From the human T2T-CHM13v2.0 reference genome, Homo sapiens: a stretch of DNA of 64,000 nt. Under the pieces are notes generated by a model. The model ran no database searches and was not told where the DNA came from. It saw only the letters and a list, made by a program, of their open reading frames with translations. A program made the translations under genes and the position numbers. The stretch lies in the NCBI RefSeq assembly GCF_009914755.1, contig NC_060945.1; one strand, given 5' to 3'. The stretch's first letter is position 1. Each line of letters begins with the position of its first letter. This document shows positions 17,690 through 32,269 of the stretch, piece by piece.

Positions 17690-18180
17690 TCCAAAACTTC
17701 TAAACATGGCATTCAGTGTTCTCTAAACTTTGAACTGGTGTCTACCTTTCCATCCTATCTCCTTTTAGGCCTTTTTTCACATATTTCAAGCAAACCAGTC
17801 TCTTCCCCTCTTCCTAAATTAAAAAAAAAAATACCTGTTTTATTTTGCCACCATTTTTTAGTTTATATTACTTCTCTCAATAAAACATCCTTTTCCTTCA
17901 CTACTCCTGCTGTCTCCACCTACCTTTCCCATTCCCTAATTCAACACAAGTAAAGGCTATATAATGGTGCCCACTCTGATGACCTTCCATCCTGTCATCT
18001 GGAATATATTGCTTTTATACATTAAGCTCCAATATCACTTTGTATCTCTCTCTGAACTTACATTTTGCCTTGATTTGCAGTTATTTGTGTATTTGTTTCA
18101 TTTCACTAGTAGATTATAAACCCCATGAGGTCAAACATTCTTCTTTGTATCATACACATCTTCTAGTCATAGTTTATAAT
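17690..18180 (+). mobile_element. L2 LINE 3' fragments
   Basis: TATTTGTTT..CACTAG...ATTATAAACCCCATGAGG, an L2 3'-end-like sequence; highly diverged. Confidence 0.5.
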
Positions 18181-18399
18181 CAAATATGCTAAAATTAGGT
18201 AACAGACCAAAATAAATTCCTATTTCCATCATCACTGTATTTTGAATTTTGTTTAAATGACCCAATGAAATTAATTTTAATTAACTCTATTAGACCAGGT
18301 TAGTAAAAGTAACCTAGAAATAATCTATATGAGGACCATAATTATCCTATTAGTTTGTGCTAAGGTTTGTTTATTTGTCCCCTTCAAAATTTAACTTCC

Positions 18400-18790
18400 T
18401 GAGATAAGGAGGAACTGACCAGAACAGCCTGGGACCTGTTCCTATTCTTTCTAGAACAAGATGTCCTACAATACTTTAAGCCCAGTAACTCAAATTCATG
18501 AAGGATAAAGCCCAGGACAGGCTGCTTTTCCAGAACCCTCAGCTACAGTGCAACATGGGCCACACACAGATGAGATTCCACACTAGGTAGCTTTCCTGAG
18601 CCTTGGATGAACTCCATGAAGCCCAGGCTTCTACTGTCCCTTGCTGCCGATATGTGAGGAATAAAGTTGCTTCATTCACTGTGTTGTGTGTGTGTTCTTT
18701 CTCCTCAGATTCATGTATGCAGCAGAAACTGCATTCCAAGATGCAGTGGACTGAAGCAGTAACCAGTGTAGAGTGATCTGCTTTGCAACA
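18400..18790 (+). mobile_element. ERVL-type solo LTR (MER54/MER73/MER74-like group)
   Basis: AATAAAGTTGCTTC...GTGTGTTCT..CTC U5; homologous to the inverted element at 35550-35990. Confidence 0.5.
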
Positions 18791-19299
18791 GGTTCCAAGG
18801 ATTAGAATATGGACATTTTTGGATGACCTTATCAAGCCTACAAAAGGTTAATCCAAAAAGTATTACAATCTAAAATCTTGAGAAAACACAAAGTTTAATC
18901 ACAACCACTAGAGCCATATGTCTAGAGGATCACTGTGTTCTCTAGGTGATGAAAAATCTCTAAACAGGATGGAAAAACCTAAATATGACTAAGTGGTAAG
19001 TTTCACAAAAAGACAAAACAGAAAGGTAGGAGGATGGAAAGTGGTATTTCTGGGAAAGCTGCATTTACCACCTCCTAAATGTCTTCTTCTCCCATTGATT
19101 CTGATCTCTTGTTTTACCAGTAAGTCAACTAGGAGGAGAAACACTGGACATGATGAATAAAATAGGTAGTGCTGAGAAGAAGAGAAACAGAAGGCATGGA
19201 CAATGTGCCCAAGAAGAGAAATATCTGAGGACATGGCCAATCCAAGGTGGAGGAATTCTATAAACAAACAATAACAACAATAATTATAATAACTACTTA

Positions 19300-20435
19300 G
19301 ATCCCTTTGCCATTTGCAAAATGGCCCTGAGCAGAGAATTCTGGTGTACTCACAATGTACAGGAGTTCAGCAAAATTTAAAGAGAGTACAAGATAAGCTC
19401 GTTACCTATATGACTGAATAAATGTGGATGTTGATAGCTCAGACAGGCCACCCTTCCAGTTCAAACAAGAACTTGTTTCAAATACAGAAAGAAGGCAATA
19501 TAAGAGATAGAAATTACACAGCAAATCCTACCATATCTTTTCTTACTTACATTGCTTTCCTATGTTAACCAGCCACTCATGTTGAAAATGATAATATAGA
19601 AGGAAAGGGAAAGAAAGGTGATATGGTTGGCTGTGTCCCCACCCAAATCTCAAGTCAAATTATATCTCCCAGAACTCCCACGTGTTGTGGGAGGGACCCA
19701 GGAGGAGGTCATTGAACCATGGGGGCCAGTCTTTCCATCCTAGTTTCATGACAGTGAATAAGTCTCACGAGATCCAATGGGTTTATCAGGTGTTTCCACT
19801 TTTGCTTCTTCCTCATTTTCTCTTGCCGCCACCATGTAAGAAGTGCCTTTCACCTCCTGCCATGATTCTGAAGCCTCCTCAGCCATGTGGAACTGTAAGT
19901 CCAATTAAACCTCTTTTTGTTCCCAGTCTTGGGTATGTCTTTATCAGCAAGTGAAAATGGACTAATTCAATAGAGCAACCAGGGTTCTTTTTCCTTTCAG
20001 TCCTTCCTTAATTATCAGTAGGCTGAAAGTAGAAAGTATTAGAATGTGTGCATATCAAAAAGTGATATGAATACAGTTGCATTAGTTTAGGGTAGTGTTT
20101 GCACTGTTTCAGAAAATATATTTGCATATACATTCTACCAAATCTGAATTATGTGATATTGTTGATTCACAATTAGATTCTCTGAAATTTGTATTAAAAC
20201 TGTCATTGTATGAGACAAAGATTAACAGTAAAAATTATGTTAATGATTTAAAATTTTATTTTATTTTTACTTTGACATTAAATAGCAAATAAAAATAAAT
20301 AACTCACAGAGAAACATGAAGTGAAGAAAAAAAACAAATTTTAACACATTTAGCAGGATTTTTTTCCTGAATTTTGAACAAGAGGCCTCACATTTTCATT
20401 TTTACTGGGCCTCACGAATTACATAAGACCGTGTA
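19300..20435. mobile_element. MER45B-like hAT-Tip100 DNA transposon, interrupted by THE1A
   Basis: TTTTCCTTTCAGTCCTTCCTTA...CACATTTTCATTTT.ACTGGGCC.CAC.AATTA terminus. Confidence 0.65.
19619..19969 (+). mobile_element. THE1A-like solo LTR
   Basis: TGATATGGTT..CTGTGTCCCCACCCAAATCTCA...GCCATGTGGAACTGTAAGTCCAATTAAACC...GGACTAAT. Confidence 0.9.
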
Positions 20436-21340
20436 CCCCTACCATCTGACTGGTTTGAGCATAAGATAATTGATGCAGAATTGGTTTTCATTAAGATCAA
20501 AACCTGTGAGGAATTCAGTTACATTTTGCTGTCCTTTCCTGAGCATAGCTTAGTTCTAAATGTTCAATGTTTCTTGTAATAACTGCATGGTGCAAGTCTC
20601 AAAGCTTCCTTTGTCTTGCCAGGACTTAAAACACTAGATAATCTGCCTGTTTCCATAAATTAAAAAAAAAAAAAAGTCTCCTATTTCTCATCTTACCTGT
20701 ACTCCGTAAGCTTGGTTCCTTGATACCAAACCACAGATTATTTTTTCTCACATTAAAATAAGAAACTCTGTGTGTAAGTGCCCAAATAAATCTTTCATGA
20801 CCTTAATTATAGGTAATACTATGTTAAATTTGCCTCCAACAGATGAGAGTACAATCATCTTACTGGAAATGTTGAAATTAAAATATTTTCTTGATAGAAA
20901 TTATAAACCCCTGAAAGCTGACCATAGTAAGCTTATAGATTTTTAGTGAAGTTTTTAAAGTGGTAGTGGTCAGTTGGATGATATATGGATTTACTTCTGA
21001 GAGCAATGCTGTGTTGCTTTATACTTCAAATCAGTGGTTAAAACCAGATTCTCGTAGAGGCCAGGAGGGCTCTAAAGTTGTATTAAGGCCCAACAAGATC
21101 CAAGATTGGATCAAGGATGCCAATCAGATAGCAGTCCAGATCTTTTTCCTATACCATTGCTCCAACTGTTGAAATTCCATGCAATAAGCTAGACCTCTAG
21201 ATAAGCTTTCATTGGGAGAAACCATTGTGGGGTTTAAAGGAAAACACAGCAACAAATCTCTCCCCATCACTTTACCAAATAACCTGATCTTTATAAGACA
21301 AAAAATAATGAAAGATAAAGAGAACATAAAGAATTTTCTA

Positions 21341-24300
21341 GGAGTTGGCCATAAGATGGCTGATTAGAAGAATATGCAGTCCATGGCACTCACAAAGAGG
21401 AACAAAAGGGGTGAGTGAATACAGCACCTTCAACTGAAATATCCAGATTCTTGCATTGGGACTGATTAGGCAAACAACTCGGCCCATGGAGAATGAAGAA
21501 AAGCAAGGTGGGGCAAAGGCCCACCAGGGAGCAACACAGTGCCAAGGGAACCCCCACCCCCAGCAAAGGGAAGTGATGAGTGATTGTGTGACCCAACTTG
21601 GGAAACCATGCTTCTCCCACAGATCTTTGCAACCTTCAGATCAGGAGATCCCCTCGTGAGCCCACACTACCAGGACCTTGGGTCTGACACATAGAACTGT
21701 GTAGTCTCAGCAGAGCAGCTGCTCAGTCACACACAGAGACCCAGGAGCTTTCCATACTCTGGCCCTGGGATTTCCAACAAACATGTCTGCAACTCAGGCA
21801 AAACAGGAGGTCTGTACAGACCCCTAGGAAGGGGAATGAATCCAAGGAGCCAAGCAGTGTCATTCTGCAGGCCCCACTTCCATGGCACCTCACAAGATAA
21901 GACTCACTGGTTTGGAATTCCAGTGAGCCAATGGCAACAGGGTAGAGCCTGCCTGAGACAGGACAGAGTTCCAGTCCTCCAGGGGAGGAGTGGCTGCCAT
22001 GTCTATAGTCCAGTCAACTCAGCTGTTCCAGCCTGCCAGTTTTGGAGAGTGCAAATGGCCCGGTCAAGGAAGGGTCCCTGCCAAGGCAGCACAGCTGCTT
22101 TACCAGATCATGGCCAGACTACTTCTTCAAATGGGACCCTGATCCATTCCTCCTCACTGGGCAGGACCTCCCTGCCAGGGCTTCAACTATCCCAGCCAGT
22201 TTCCTATGAACACAGCTCTGATCTCTCCATGGGGTGGAGCCCCTGGAGGAGGAGCAAGCCATGATCACCACTCTTTGGTTGACTCAGCCATTTCAACTGG
22301 CTTTGGAAAGTCCAAACAATCCAGCCAAGAAAGGCTACCCCCAGAGCAGCACAGCCACTTTGCCAGATCACGGACAGATATCTTCTTTAAGCAGAACTTT
22401 AATCCATTCCTCCTCATGGTTCAGGTCTTCCCAGCTGGGGGCCTTGAGCCACCCCTTTCCATATTCTATGGCCAACAGAGCTCTAATTTTCTTCTGGGAC
22501 AAAGTGTCCCATGGGTGGGGCAGTCTGCCATGGTGGCTGTTCGGGCATCTCAGTCAATCCAGCCTGTGGGCCCTGAAGAGCCCATAGTGAACAGAGTCTG
22601 AAAGGATCACTAACACAGCATACCTGCTCTACCAAAAAGCACCCAGACTGCTCCTTTAAGTGAGCACCTGATCCTGTTCCTCCTGACAGGGTGAGACCTC
22701 CAAACGGGTCTCCAGCTACCTCCTACTGGCACATTTGGGCTGGCAACTGGTCAATACCCCGCTGGGTGAAGCTTCCAGAGGAAGGAGCAGGCTGTCATCT
22801 TTTCTGTTTCCCAAGCTTCACTGGTGATACCTCTAGATATGGGAAAAACCAAGGCAATTAGGGTCCAGAGTGGACCCCAAGCAAGCTTCAGCAGCCCTAC
22901 AGAAGAGTGGCATATTTAAAGAAAAATAAGCAAACAGAAAACAACAGCAACAAAAAAGACCCCACAAAACTCCATTAAAAGGTTAGCATCCCCAAAGATC
23001 AAAGGTAGATAAGCCCATAAAGATAAGAAAGAATCAGCACAAAAACACCAAAAACTCAAAAATCCAGAGGGCCCCTTCTCTTCCAGATGACTGCAACACC
23101 TCTGAAGCAAGGGCTCAGAACTGGGCTGAGGCTGAGATGGCTGAAATGATAGAAGTAGAATTCAGAGGGTGAGTAATAATGAACTTGGCTGAGCTAAAGC
23201 AGCATGTTGTAATCCAATGCAAAGAAGATAAGAATCATAATAAAACAATACAGGAGCTGACAGTCAAAATAGCCAGTTTAGAGAGAAACACCAACCTGTT
23301 AGACCTGAGAAACACACTACAGGAACTTCACAATGCAATCACAAATATTCATAGCAGAATAGCCCAAGTGAAGGAAAGAATTTCAGAGCTTGAAGACTAT
23401 CTTTCTGAAATAAGACAAGCAGGCAAGAATAGAGAAAAAAAGAATGAAAAGGAATGAAAGAAAACCTCTGAGAAATATGGAATTATATAAAGAGACTGAA
23501 CCTATGACTGACGGGGATACCTGAAAGAGACAGAGAATGGAACCAATTTGAAAAAAATACTTCAGGATATCATCCATGAGAACTTCCCCAACCTGGCTAG
23601 ACAGGCCAACATTCAAATTCAGGAAATGCAGAGAACTTCAGTAAGATACTCCACAAGAAGATCATCTCCAAAACACGTAATAATCAGACGCTCCAAGGTC
23701 AAAATGGAAGAAAAAATGTTAATGGCTGCCAGAAAGAAAGGCCAGGCCACTTAAAAAGGGTCCCATCTCACAAGAGACCCATCTCACAAGCAATGATACA
23801 CATAGGCTCAAAGTAAAGGAATGGAGAAAAATTTACCAAGCAAATGGAAAACAGAAAAAAGCAGAGGTTGCAATCCTAGTTTTTGACAAAACACACTTTA
23901 AACCAACAACGATCAAAAAAGACAAAGAAGGGCATTACACAATGGTAAAGGGGTCATTTCAACAAGAAGAGCTAACTAGCCTGAAAATACATGCACCCAA
24001 TACAGGAACAACCAGATTCAAAAAGCAGGTTCTTAGAGACTTTCAAAGAGGCTTAGACTCACACACAGTTAAGAATGGGAGACTTTAACACCCCACTGAC
24101 AATATTAAACTCATTATAGAGACAGAAAATTAACAAAGATATTCAGTGCCTTACTCAGCTCTGAATCAAGTGGACCTGACAGATATCTGTAGAACTCTTC
24201 ACCCAAAAGCAACAGAATGTACATTGTTCTCATCTCCACATGGCACTTACTCTAAAATTGATCACAGAATTGGAAGTAAAACATTCTTCAGCAACTGCAA

Positions 24301-27300
24301 AAGAACTGAAGTCATAACAAACAGGCTCTCAGACCACAGCACAATCAAATTAGAACCCAATATTAAGAAACTCACTCAAAACCACACAACTACATAAAAA
24401 TCAAACAACCTGCTCCTGAATGACTCTTAGGTGAAAAATGAAATTAAGGTAGAAACCAAGAAGTTCTTTGAAACCAGTGAGAACAAAGATACAATGTACC
24501 AGAATTCCTGGGACACAGCTAAAGCATGATAAATAGGGAAATTTGTAGCACTAAATGCCTATATCAAAAAGCTAGAAAGATCTTAAGTTAAAAATCTAAC
24601 ATCACAACTAAAAGAACTAGAGAACCTAGACCAAATGAATTCCAAAGCTAGCAGAAGACAAGAAATAACCAAGATTAGAGTGGAACTGAAGAAGATAAAG
24701 ACACAAAAACCCTTCAAAAAATCAACAAATTCAGGAACAGATTTTTTGAAAAAATTAATAAAATAGACTGCTAGCTACACTAATAAAGAAAAAATGAAGG
24801 AAGAATCAAACACAATCAGAAATGATCAGGAGTGTTTTACCACTTACCCCACAGAAATACAAACAACCATCAGAGAATAATACAAACACTTCTATGCACG
24901 TAAACTAGAAAATATATATTAAAAAGGATACATTTCTAGACACATACACCCTCCCAAGACTGAACCAGGAAGAAATTGAATCCCTGAGTAGACCAATAAT
25001 GAGCTCTGAAACTGAGGCAGTAATAAATAGCCTACCAACCATAAAAAGCCCAGGACCAGATGAATTCACAGCTGAATTCTACCACAGGTACAAAGAAGAG
25101 CTGGTACCATTTCTACTGAAACTATACCAAAGAAATTGAAAAGGAGAGACTCCTCCCTAACTTATTTCATGAGGGTACCATCATACTGATACAAAAGCCT
25201 GACAGACATACAGAAAAAAAAAGAAAGAAAAAAATAAACTTCACGCCAATATCCTCGATGAACATTGATGCAAAAATCTTCAATAAAATACTGGAAAACC
25301 AAATCCAGCAGCACATCAAAAAGCTTATCCATCACAATCAAGTAGGCTTTCTCCCTGGGATGCAAGGTTGGTTCAACATATGCAAATCAATAAATGTGAT
25401 TCATCACATATAAACAGAAGTAAGACAAAAACCACTAATTATTTCAACAGATGCAGAAAAGGCTTTTGATCTGATTCAGTATTCTTTCATGTTAAAAACT
25501 CTCAACAGACTAGGTATTGAAGGAAAATACCTCAAAATCATAAGAGCCATATATGACAAATATGACAAACCCATAGCCAATATCATACCAAGTGGGCAAA
25601 AGATGGAAGCATTCCCCTTGAAAACCAGCACAAGACAAGTATGTCCTCTCTCACCACTCCTATTCAACATAGGAAACATAGGAAAGTTCTGCCTAGGGCA
25701 ATCAGGCAAGAGAAAGAAATAAAGAGCATTCAAATAGAAAGAGAGGAAGTCTGTTTGCAGATGACATAATCCTACATCTAGAAAACCCCATCATTTCACC
25801 CCAAAAGCTTCTTAAGCTGATAAGCAACTTTAGCAAAGTCTCAGGGTACAAACTCAAATGCAAAAATCACTGGCATTCCTATATACCAACAACAAGCAAG
25901 CAGAGAGACAAATCATGAATGAACTCCCTTTCACAATTGCCACAAAAAGAAAAAAAGTACCTAGGAATACAGCTAACAAGGGAAGTGAAGGACCTTTTCA
26001 AGGAGAACTACAAACCACTGCTCAAGGAAATCAGAGAGGACACAAGCAGAGAAAAACATTCCATGCTGATTGTATTAGTTCGTTTTCACGCTACTGATAA
26101 AGACATACGTAAGACTGGGAACAAAAATAGGTTTAATTGGAATTACAGTTCCACATGGCTGGGGAGTCCTCAGAATCATGGTGGGAGGTGAAAGGCACTT
26201 CTTACATGGCAACGGCAAGAGAAAAATGAGGAAGAAGCAAAAGCAGAAACCCCTGATAAACCCATCAGAGCTTGTGAGACTTATTCACTATCACGAGAAT
26301 AATACAGGAAAGACCAGACCCCATGATTCCACTATCTCCTCCTGGGTCCCTCCCACAACACATGGGAATTCTGGGAGATACAATCTGAGTTGAGATTGGG
26401 GCAGGGGGAGGTGACACAGCCAAACCATATCATCATGTCCTCACATGTCAAAACCAATTATGAATTCCCAACAGTCCCCCAAATTCTTAACTCACTTCAG
26501 CATTAACCCAAAAGTACACAAGTCCAAAGTCTCATCTGAGACAAGGCAAGTCCCTTCCACTTATGATCCTGTAAAATCAAAAGCAAGCTAGTTATTTTCT
26601 AGATACAATGGAGGTACAGGTATTGGGTAAATTCAGTCATTCCAAATGGGAGAAATTGGCCAAAACAAAGAAGTTACAGGGCCCATACAGGTCCAAAATC
26701 CAGCAGGGCAGTCAAATTTTAAAGCTCCAAAATGATCTCCTTTGATTCTATGTCTCAAATCCAGATTACACCGATGCAAGAAGTGAATTCCCATAGTCTG
26801 GGGCAGCTCCACCCCTGTGGCTTCACAGGGTACAGACTCCCTCCTGGCTCCTTTCACAAGCTGGCATTGAGTGTCTGCAGCTTTTCCAGATGCACGGTTC
26901 AAGCTACCAGTGGATCTACCATTCTGGGGTCTGGAAGATGGTGGCCCTCTTCTCATGGCTCCACTAGGCAGTGCCCCAGTAGTGACTCTGTGTAGGGGCT
27001 CTGATCACACACTTCCCTTCTGTGCTGCTCTAGCAGAGGCTCTCCATGAGGACCCCACCCCTGCAGCCAACTTTTGCCTGGGCATCCAGGCATTTCCATA
27101 CACTTTCTAAAATCTAGGTGGAGGTCCCAAACCTCAATTCTTGACTTCTGTGTACCCGCAGGCTGAATACCACATGGAAACTTCTGAGGCTTGGGACTTC
27201 CACCCTCTGAAGCCACAGCCTGAGCTCTATGTTGGCTCCTTTCAGCCACAGCTAGAGTGGCTGGAACACAGGGCACCAACTCCCTAGGCGGCACACAGCA

Positions 27301-29993
27301 TGGGGACCCTGGGTCTGGCCCACAAAACCACTTTTTCCTCCTGGGCATCCAGGCCTCTGATGAGAAGAGCTGCCATGAAGGTCTCTGACATGGCCTGGAG
27401 AAATTTTCACCATGGTCTTGGGGATTAACATTAGTCTCCTTGTTACTTATGTAGATTTCTGCAGCCAGCTTGAATTTCTCCCCAGAAAATTGGTTTTTCT
27501 TTTCTATCACATTGTCAGGCTACAAATTTTCTGAACTTTTACACTCTGCACCTGTTATAAAATTGAATGCCTTTAACAGTACTCAAGTCACCTCTTGAAT
27601 GACTTGCTGCTTAAGAAATTTATTCCACCAGATACCCTAAATCATCTCTCTGAAGTTCAAAGTTTCACAAATCTCTAGGGCAGAGGTAAAATGCTGCCAG
27701 TCTCTTTGCTAAAACATAACAAGAGTCATCTTTGCTCCAGTTCCCAACAAGTTCCTCATCTCCATCTGACACCACCTCGGCCTGAACCTTAATGTCCATA
27801 TCGCTATCAGCATTTTGGGCAAAGCCATTCAAGAAGTCTCTAGGAAGTTCCAAACTTTCCCATATTTTCCTGTCTTCTTCTTAGCCCTCCAAACTGTTCC
27901 AACCTCTGCCTGTTACCCAGTTCCAAAGTCACTTCCACATTTTCAGGTATCTTTTCAGCAACTCCCCACTCTACTTGTACCAACTTACTGTATTAGTTCG
28001 TTACACACTGCTTATAAAGACATGCCCAAAACTGAGAACAAAAAGGGGTTTAATTGGACTAACAGTTCCACATGGCTGGGGAGGCCTCAGAATCATGGTG
28101 GGAGGCAAAAGTCACTTCTTACATGGCAGCGGCAAGAGAAAATTGTGGGAGAAACAAAAGCGGATACCCCTGATAAACTCATCAGATCTTGTGAGGCTTA
28201 TTCACCATAATGAGAATAGCACAGGAAAGACCAGCCCCCATGATTCAATTACCTCCTCCTGTATGCCTCCCACAACACATGGGAATTCTGGGAGACACAA
28301 TTCAAGTTGAGATTTGGGCAGGGACACAGCCAAACCATATCACTCATGGATAGAAGGAATCAATATCATTGAAATGGCCATACTTCCCAAAGTAATTTAT
28401 AGGTTCAATGCTATTCCCATTAAACTACCATTGACATTCTTCACAGAATTAGAAAAAAAAAAACTGTTTTAAAATTCATATGGAACCAAAAAAGAGCCCA
28501 AATAGCAAAGACAATCCTAAGAAAAAAGAACAAAGCTGGAGTCATCACACTACCTGACTTCAAACTATACTACAAGGCTACAGTGACCAAAATAGCATGG
28601 CACTGGTACAGAAACAGACACATAGACCAATGGAACAGAATAGAGAACTCAGAAATAAGATCACACACCTACAACCATCTGATCTTCAACAAACCTGACA
28701 AAAACAAGCAATGGGAAAAGGATTTTCTATTAAATAAATGGTGCTGGGAGAACTGGCTGGCCAGATGCAAAAAAAAATTTTGAACCCAAACCCCTTCCTT
28801 ATACCTTATTCAAAAATTAACTCAAGATGGATTAAAGACTTAAACGTGAAACCCAAAACTATAAAAATTCTACAAGACAATCTAGGCAATACCATTCAGG
28901 ACATAGGCACAGACAAAGATTTTATGACAAAAATGCCTAAAGCAATTGCAACAAAAGCTAAAATTGACAAATGGGATCTAATTGAACTAAAGAGCTTCTC
29001 CACAGCAAAAGAAACTATCATCAAAGTGGACAGACAACCTATAGAATAGGAGAAAATTTTTACAATCTATTCATCTGACAAAGGTCTAACATCCAGCATC
29101 TACAGCGAACTTAAGCAAATTTACAGGAAAAAAAAAAAAAAAAACAACAACAACCACCTCATTAAAAAGTGGGCAATGGACATAAGTGGACACTTCCCAA
29201 AAGAAGACATATATATGGACAAAAAAACATTGAAAAAAAAAGTTCAACGTCACTAATCATTAGAGAAATGCAAATAAAAACCACAGTGAGATATCATTTC
29301 TCACCAATCAGAATGGCTATTATTAAAAAGTCAAAAAATTACAGATGCTCATGAGGTTGTCAGAAAAAGGAATGCTTATGTACTGTTGGTAGGACAGGAA
29401 ATTAGTTCAAACATTATGGAAGACAATTCCTCAAAGATCTAGAAGCAGAAATACCATTTGACCCAGCAATCCCATTACTGTATATATACCCAAAGGAATA
29501 TAAATAATTCTATTATAAAGATACATGCATGTGTATGTTCATTGCAGCACTATTCACAATAGCAAAGACCTAGAACCAATCTAAACACCCTCCAGTGATA
29601 GACTGGATAAAGAACACACCATGGAATACTATGCAGCCATAAAAAGAAACAAGATCATGTCCTTTGCAGGGACATGGGTGGAGCTGGAAGCCATTATCCT
29701 CAGGAAACTAATGCAGGAACACAAAACCAAATATGTGTTCTCATTTATAAGTTGGAGCTGAATAATGAGAACACATGGACACATGGGAGAGAGAGACAAA
29801 GCACACTGGGCCCTGTTGGAGGGTCGGAGGTTGGAGGAGGGAGAGCATCCGGAAGAATAGCTAATGGATGCTGGGCTTAATACCTAGGTAATGGGATGAT
29901 CTGTGAGGCAAACTGCCATGGCACATCTTTATCTATGTAATGAACCTGCACATCCTACACAGGTACCCCTGAACTTAAAAGTGGGGAAAAAAA
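21341..29993 (+). mobile_element. Older near-full-length L1PA (about L1PA10-13) with internal deletion and THE1A insertion
   Basis: Long GC-rich 5'UTR starting AAGATGGC; ORF1 remnant LQDIIHENFPNLARQ; ORF2 remnants; 3'UTR ending GTACCCCTGAACTTAAAA. Confidence 0.9.
26071..28342 (-). mobile_element. Complete THE1A element (LTR 26071-26432, internal region, LTR 27989-28342)
   Basis: Two direct LTRs reading TGTATTAGT...CCATATCA on +; THE1 internal sequence between them; TSD CTGAT/CTCAT; L1 ORF2 is contiguous across the insertion. Confidence 0.93.
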
Positions 29994-30418
29994 GAACCAT
30001 ACTTTGAGCAGCCAGATTTTAAATTTTCCCAGAGCTCTTTCAACATTACCTATAGTGTCTTAGGATGGGTGAAGATTTTTGCATGTAATAGTTCTAGTTT
30101 TTCTTCTGTTTTTATTTGGCCTGCTTTGTAAATGTCATTTTAGGTGCTTGCTTCATAACAGAATAGCAGAATTGATGCAACTACATTAAAACAGAAAGGG
30201 AGACACAGTGTCCGGCTGCCTTGGGCATTTCTGTTAACAGAAATGGAAGTCTTTCAGAGGACTTAATTTTTAATAGCTATGCTATCAGATTCTCAGTCTT
30301 GGCATTAGGGCTAGGTGTTGGAACTTCCCATAAAGTGTTCTCATTATGGACTCTCTGCTCCATACCATAAAATGAAGATAAATAAATAAATATTTTTTAA
30401 AAGCATTTTCTAAATAAA

Positions 30419-30587
30419 CACACTGGAGACTTTCGGAGAATGGAAGGTGGGAGGAGGGAGAGCATCAGTTAAAATGACCAATAGGTACTAGGCTTAATAC
30501 TGGGGTGATGAAATAATCTGTAGAACAAACCTGTACTTGTAACAAATCTGCACTTGTACCCCTGAACTTAAAAGTTTTTTAAAAAAA
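30419..30587 (+). mobile_element. Severely 5'-truncated L1PA 3' end
   Basis: 3'UTR ending GTACCCCTGAACTTAAAAG; TSD TTTCTAAATAAA at 30407-30418 and 30588-30599. Confidence 0.85.
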
Positions 30588-31683
30588 TTTCTAAATAAAT
30601 GAAGTTTCTTTTTTCAGCAAATATTTTTTAATAAGATCACCACTGATAGACCCATTAAAATCATGCAATTTATACTCCTCTCTTCCTAGACTCTTAACTT
30701 ACCTTGAAAATTAAGGCCACTGGAATGAAATAAAACCTATTAATGCCCCAGGAATCATTGCGCTTTGTAAGCCATTTGCCCCTCCGCTAACAGGTCCCAC
30801 AATAGTGTAATCTGTGATATTGGAGTTTGTTTCTGCTTTCTGCCTTCTCCTCCTGTCTATTCAGAATAGCATCATACTTATATTAACTTTATTATATATT
30901 TGCTATTTACTTAGTTTACCAATCTAAAACTACATTCATTTGACATTTAAGGGGGGAAAATAATTTGCACAGTCCCTACAATTCCATCCAAACGTTTCAC
31001 TTAATTAGCCTGTGCCCCAGGTATTAGATGTAGCAGTCAAGTCTGAAAAAAAATCAAATCAAGTAGGCTAAATGGAATGAATGTGTGAATTAACTTTAAA
31101 AATACCCTATTGCTGGAGGAGATGAAAAACAAAATGTATTGTTCTTTTGAATATACACGCCTTTTAAGAAAGTCGATGGCCTCTTTTAAAACAGCCTTAG
31201 AGAACTCTCAACCATCAGAGTCACAGGCATCCACATTTCTGGGATGGAAATCCATTCAGGGCTTCTGACATAGTATATGCAAGAAAAGCTCCTGCTTTCC
31301 AACTGTGATGCATCAAAGGAGGCTTTTCTACTCAGCTTGATGTTATAAATTCAAGTGAATAACAATAAACCAGAAGGTGGCTCTATGTTCCTTTTTTAAT
31401 TCTAATTGTTGGGAAAATAGTCTAGATTATTAAAATCCCCAGAGAATGACTATACATCCTCCCCATATCACAGGACGCTGGCAGTCTAAGCTCTGATTTA
31501 AAGGTATTCCAGTAGCATGCTTTTGGATGTTTTGATTAGTGTTATCCAAATTAATATTACTTAAGAATAAAAATCACCAATCCATTAACAACAATTTTAA
31601 AAGATCAAAATCTGTGTGTCAGAATTAACCTGTGCAAACTCTGGATGCATCCTATGCTATTATTTACTATCCCTTTGAGTTTA

Positions 31684-32165
<482 letters not shown>

Positions 32166-32269
32166 TCAGAAGGAACATGGCCAGTCTTTAACAGCAACTT
32201 CAGACAGCGACCTGAGCAAGGATAGTACCAGTGAATGGAGCAGATTACCAATTCCTTCCCACCTACCCT

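Noticed and set aside
21836-22601. Overlapping 117-142 aa ORFs
   Set aside because: They lie in the GC-rich, internally repeated 5'UTR of an old L1PA and show no protein motifs
26953-27510. 185-aa ORF
   Set aside because: Fragment of the decayed THE1 internal ORF, not a host gene
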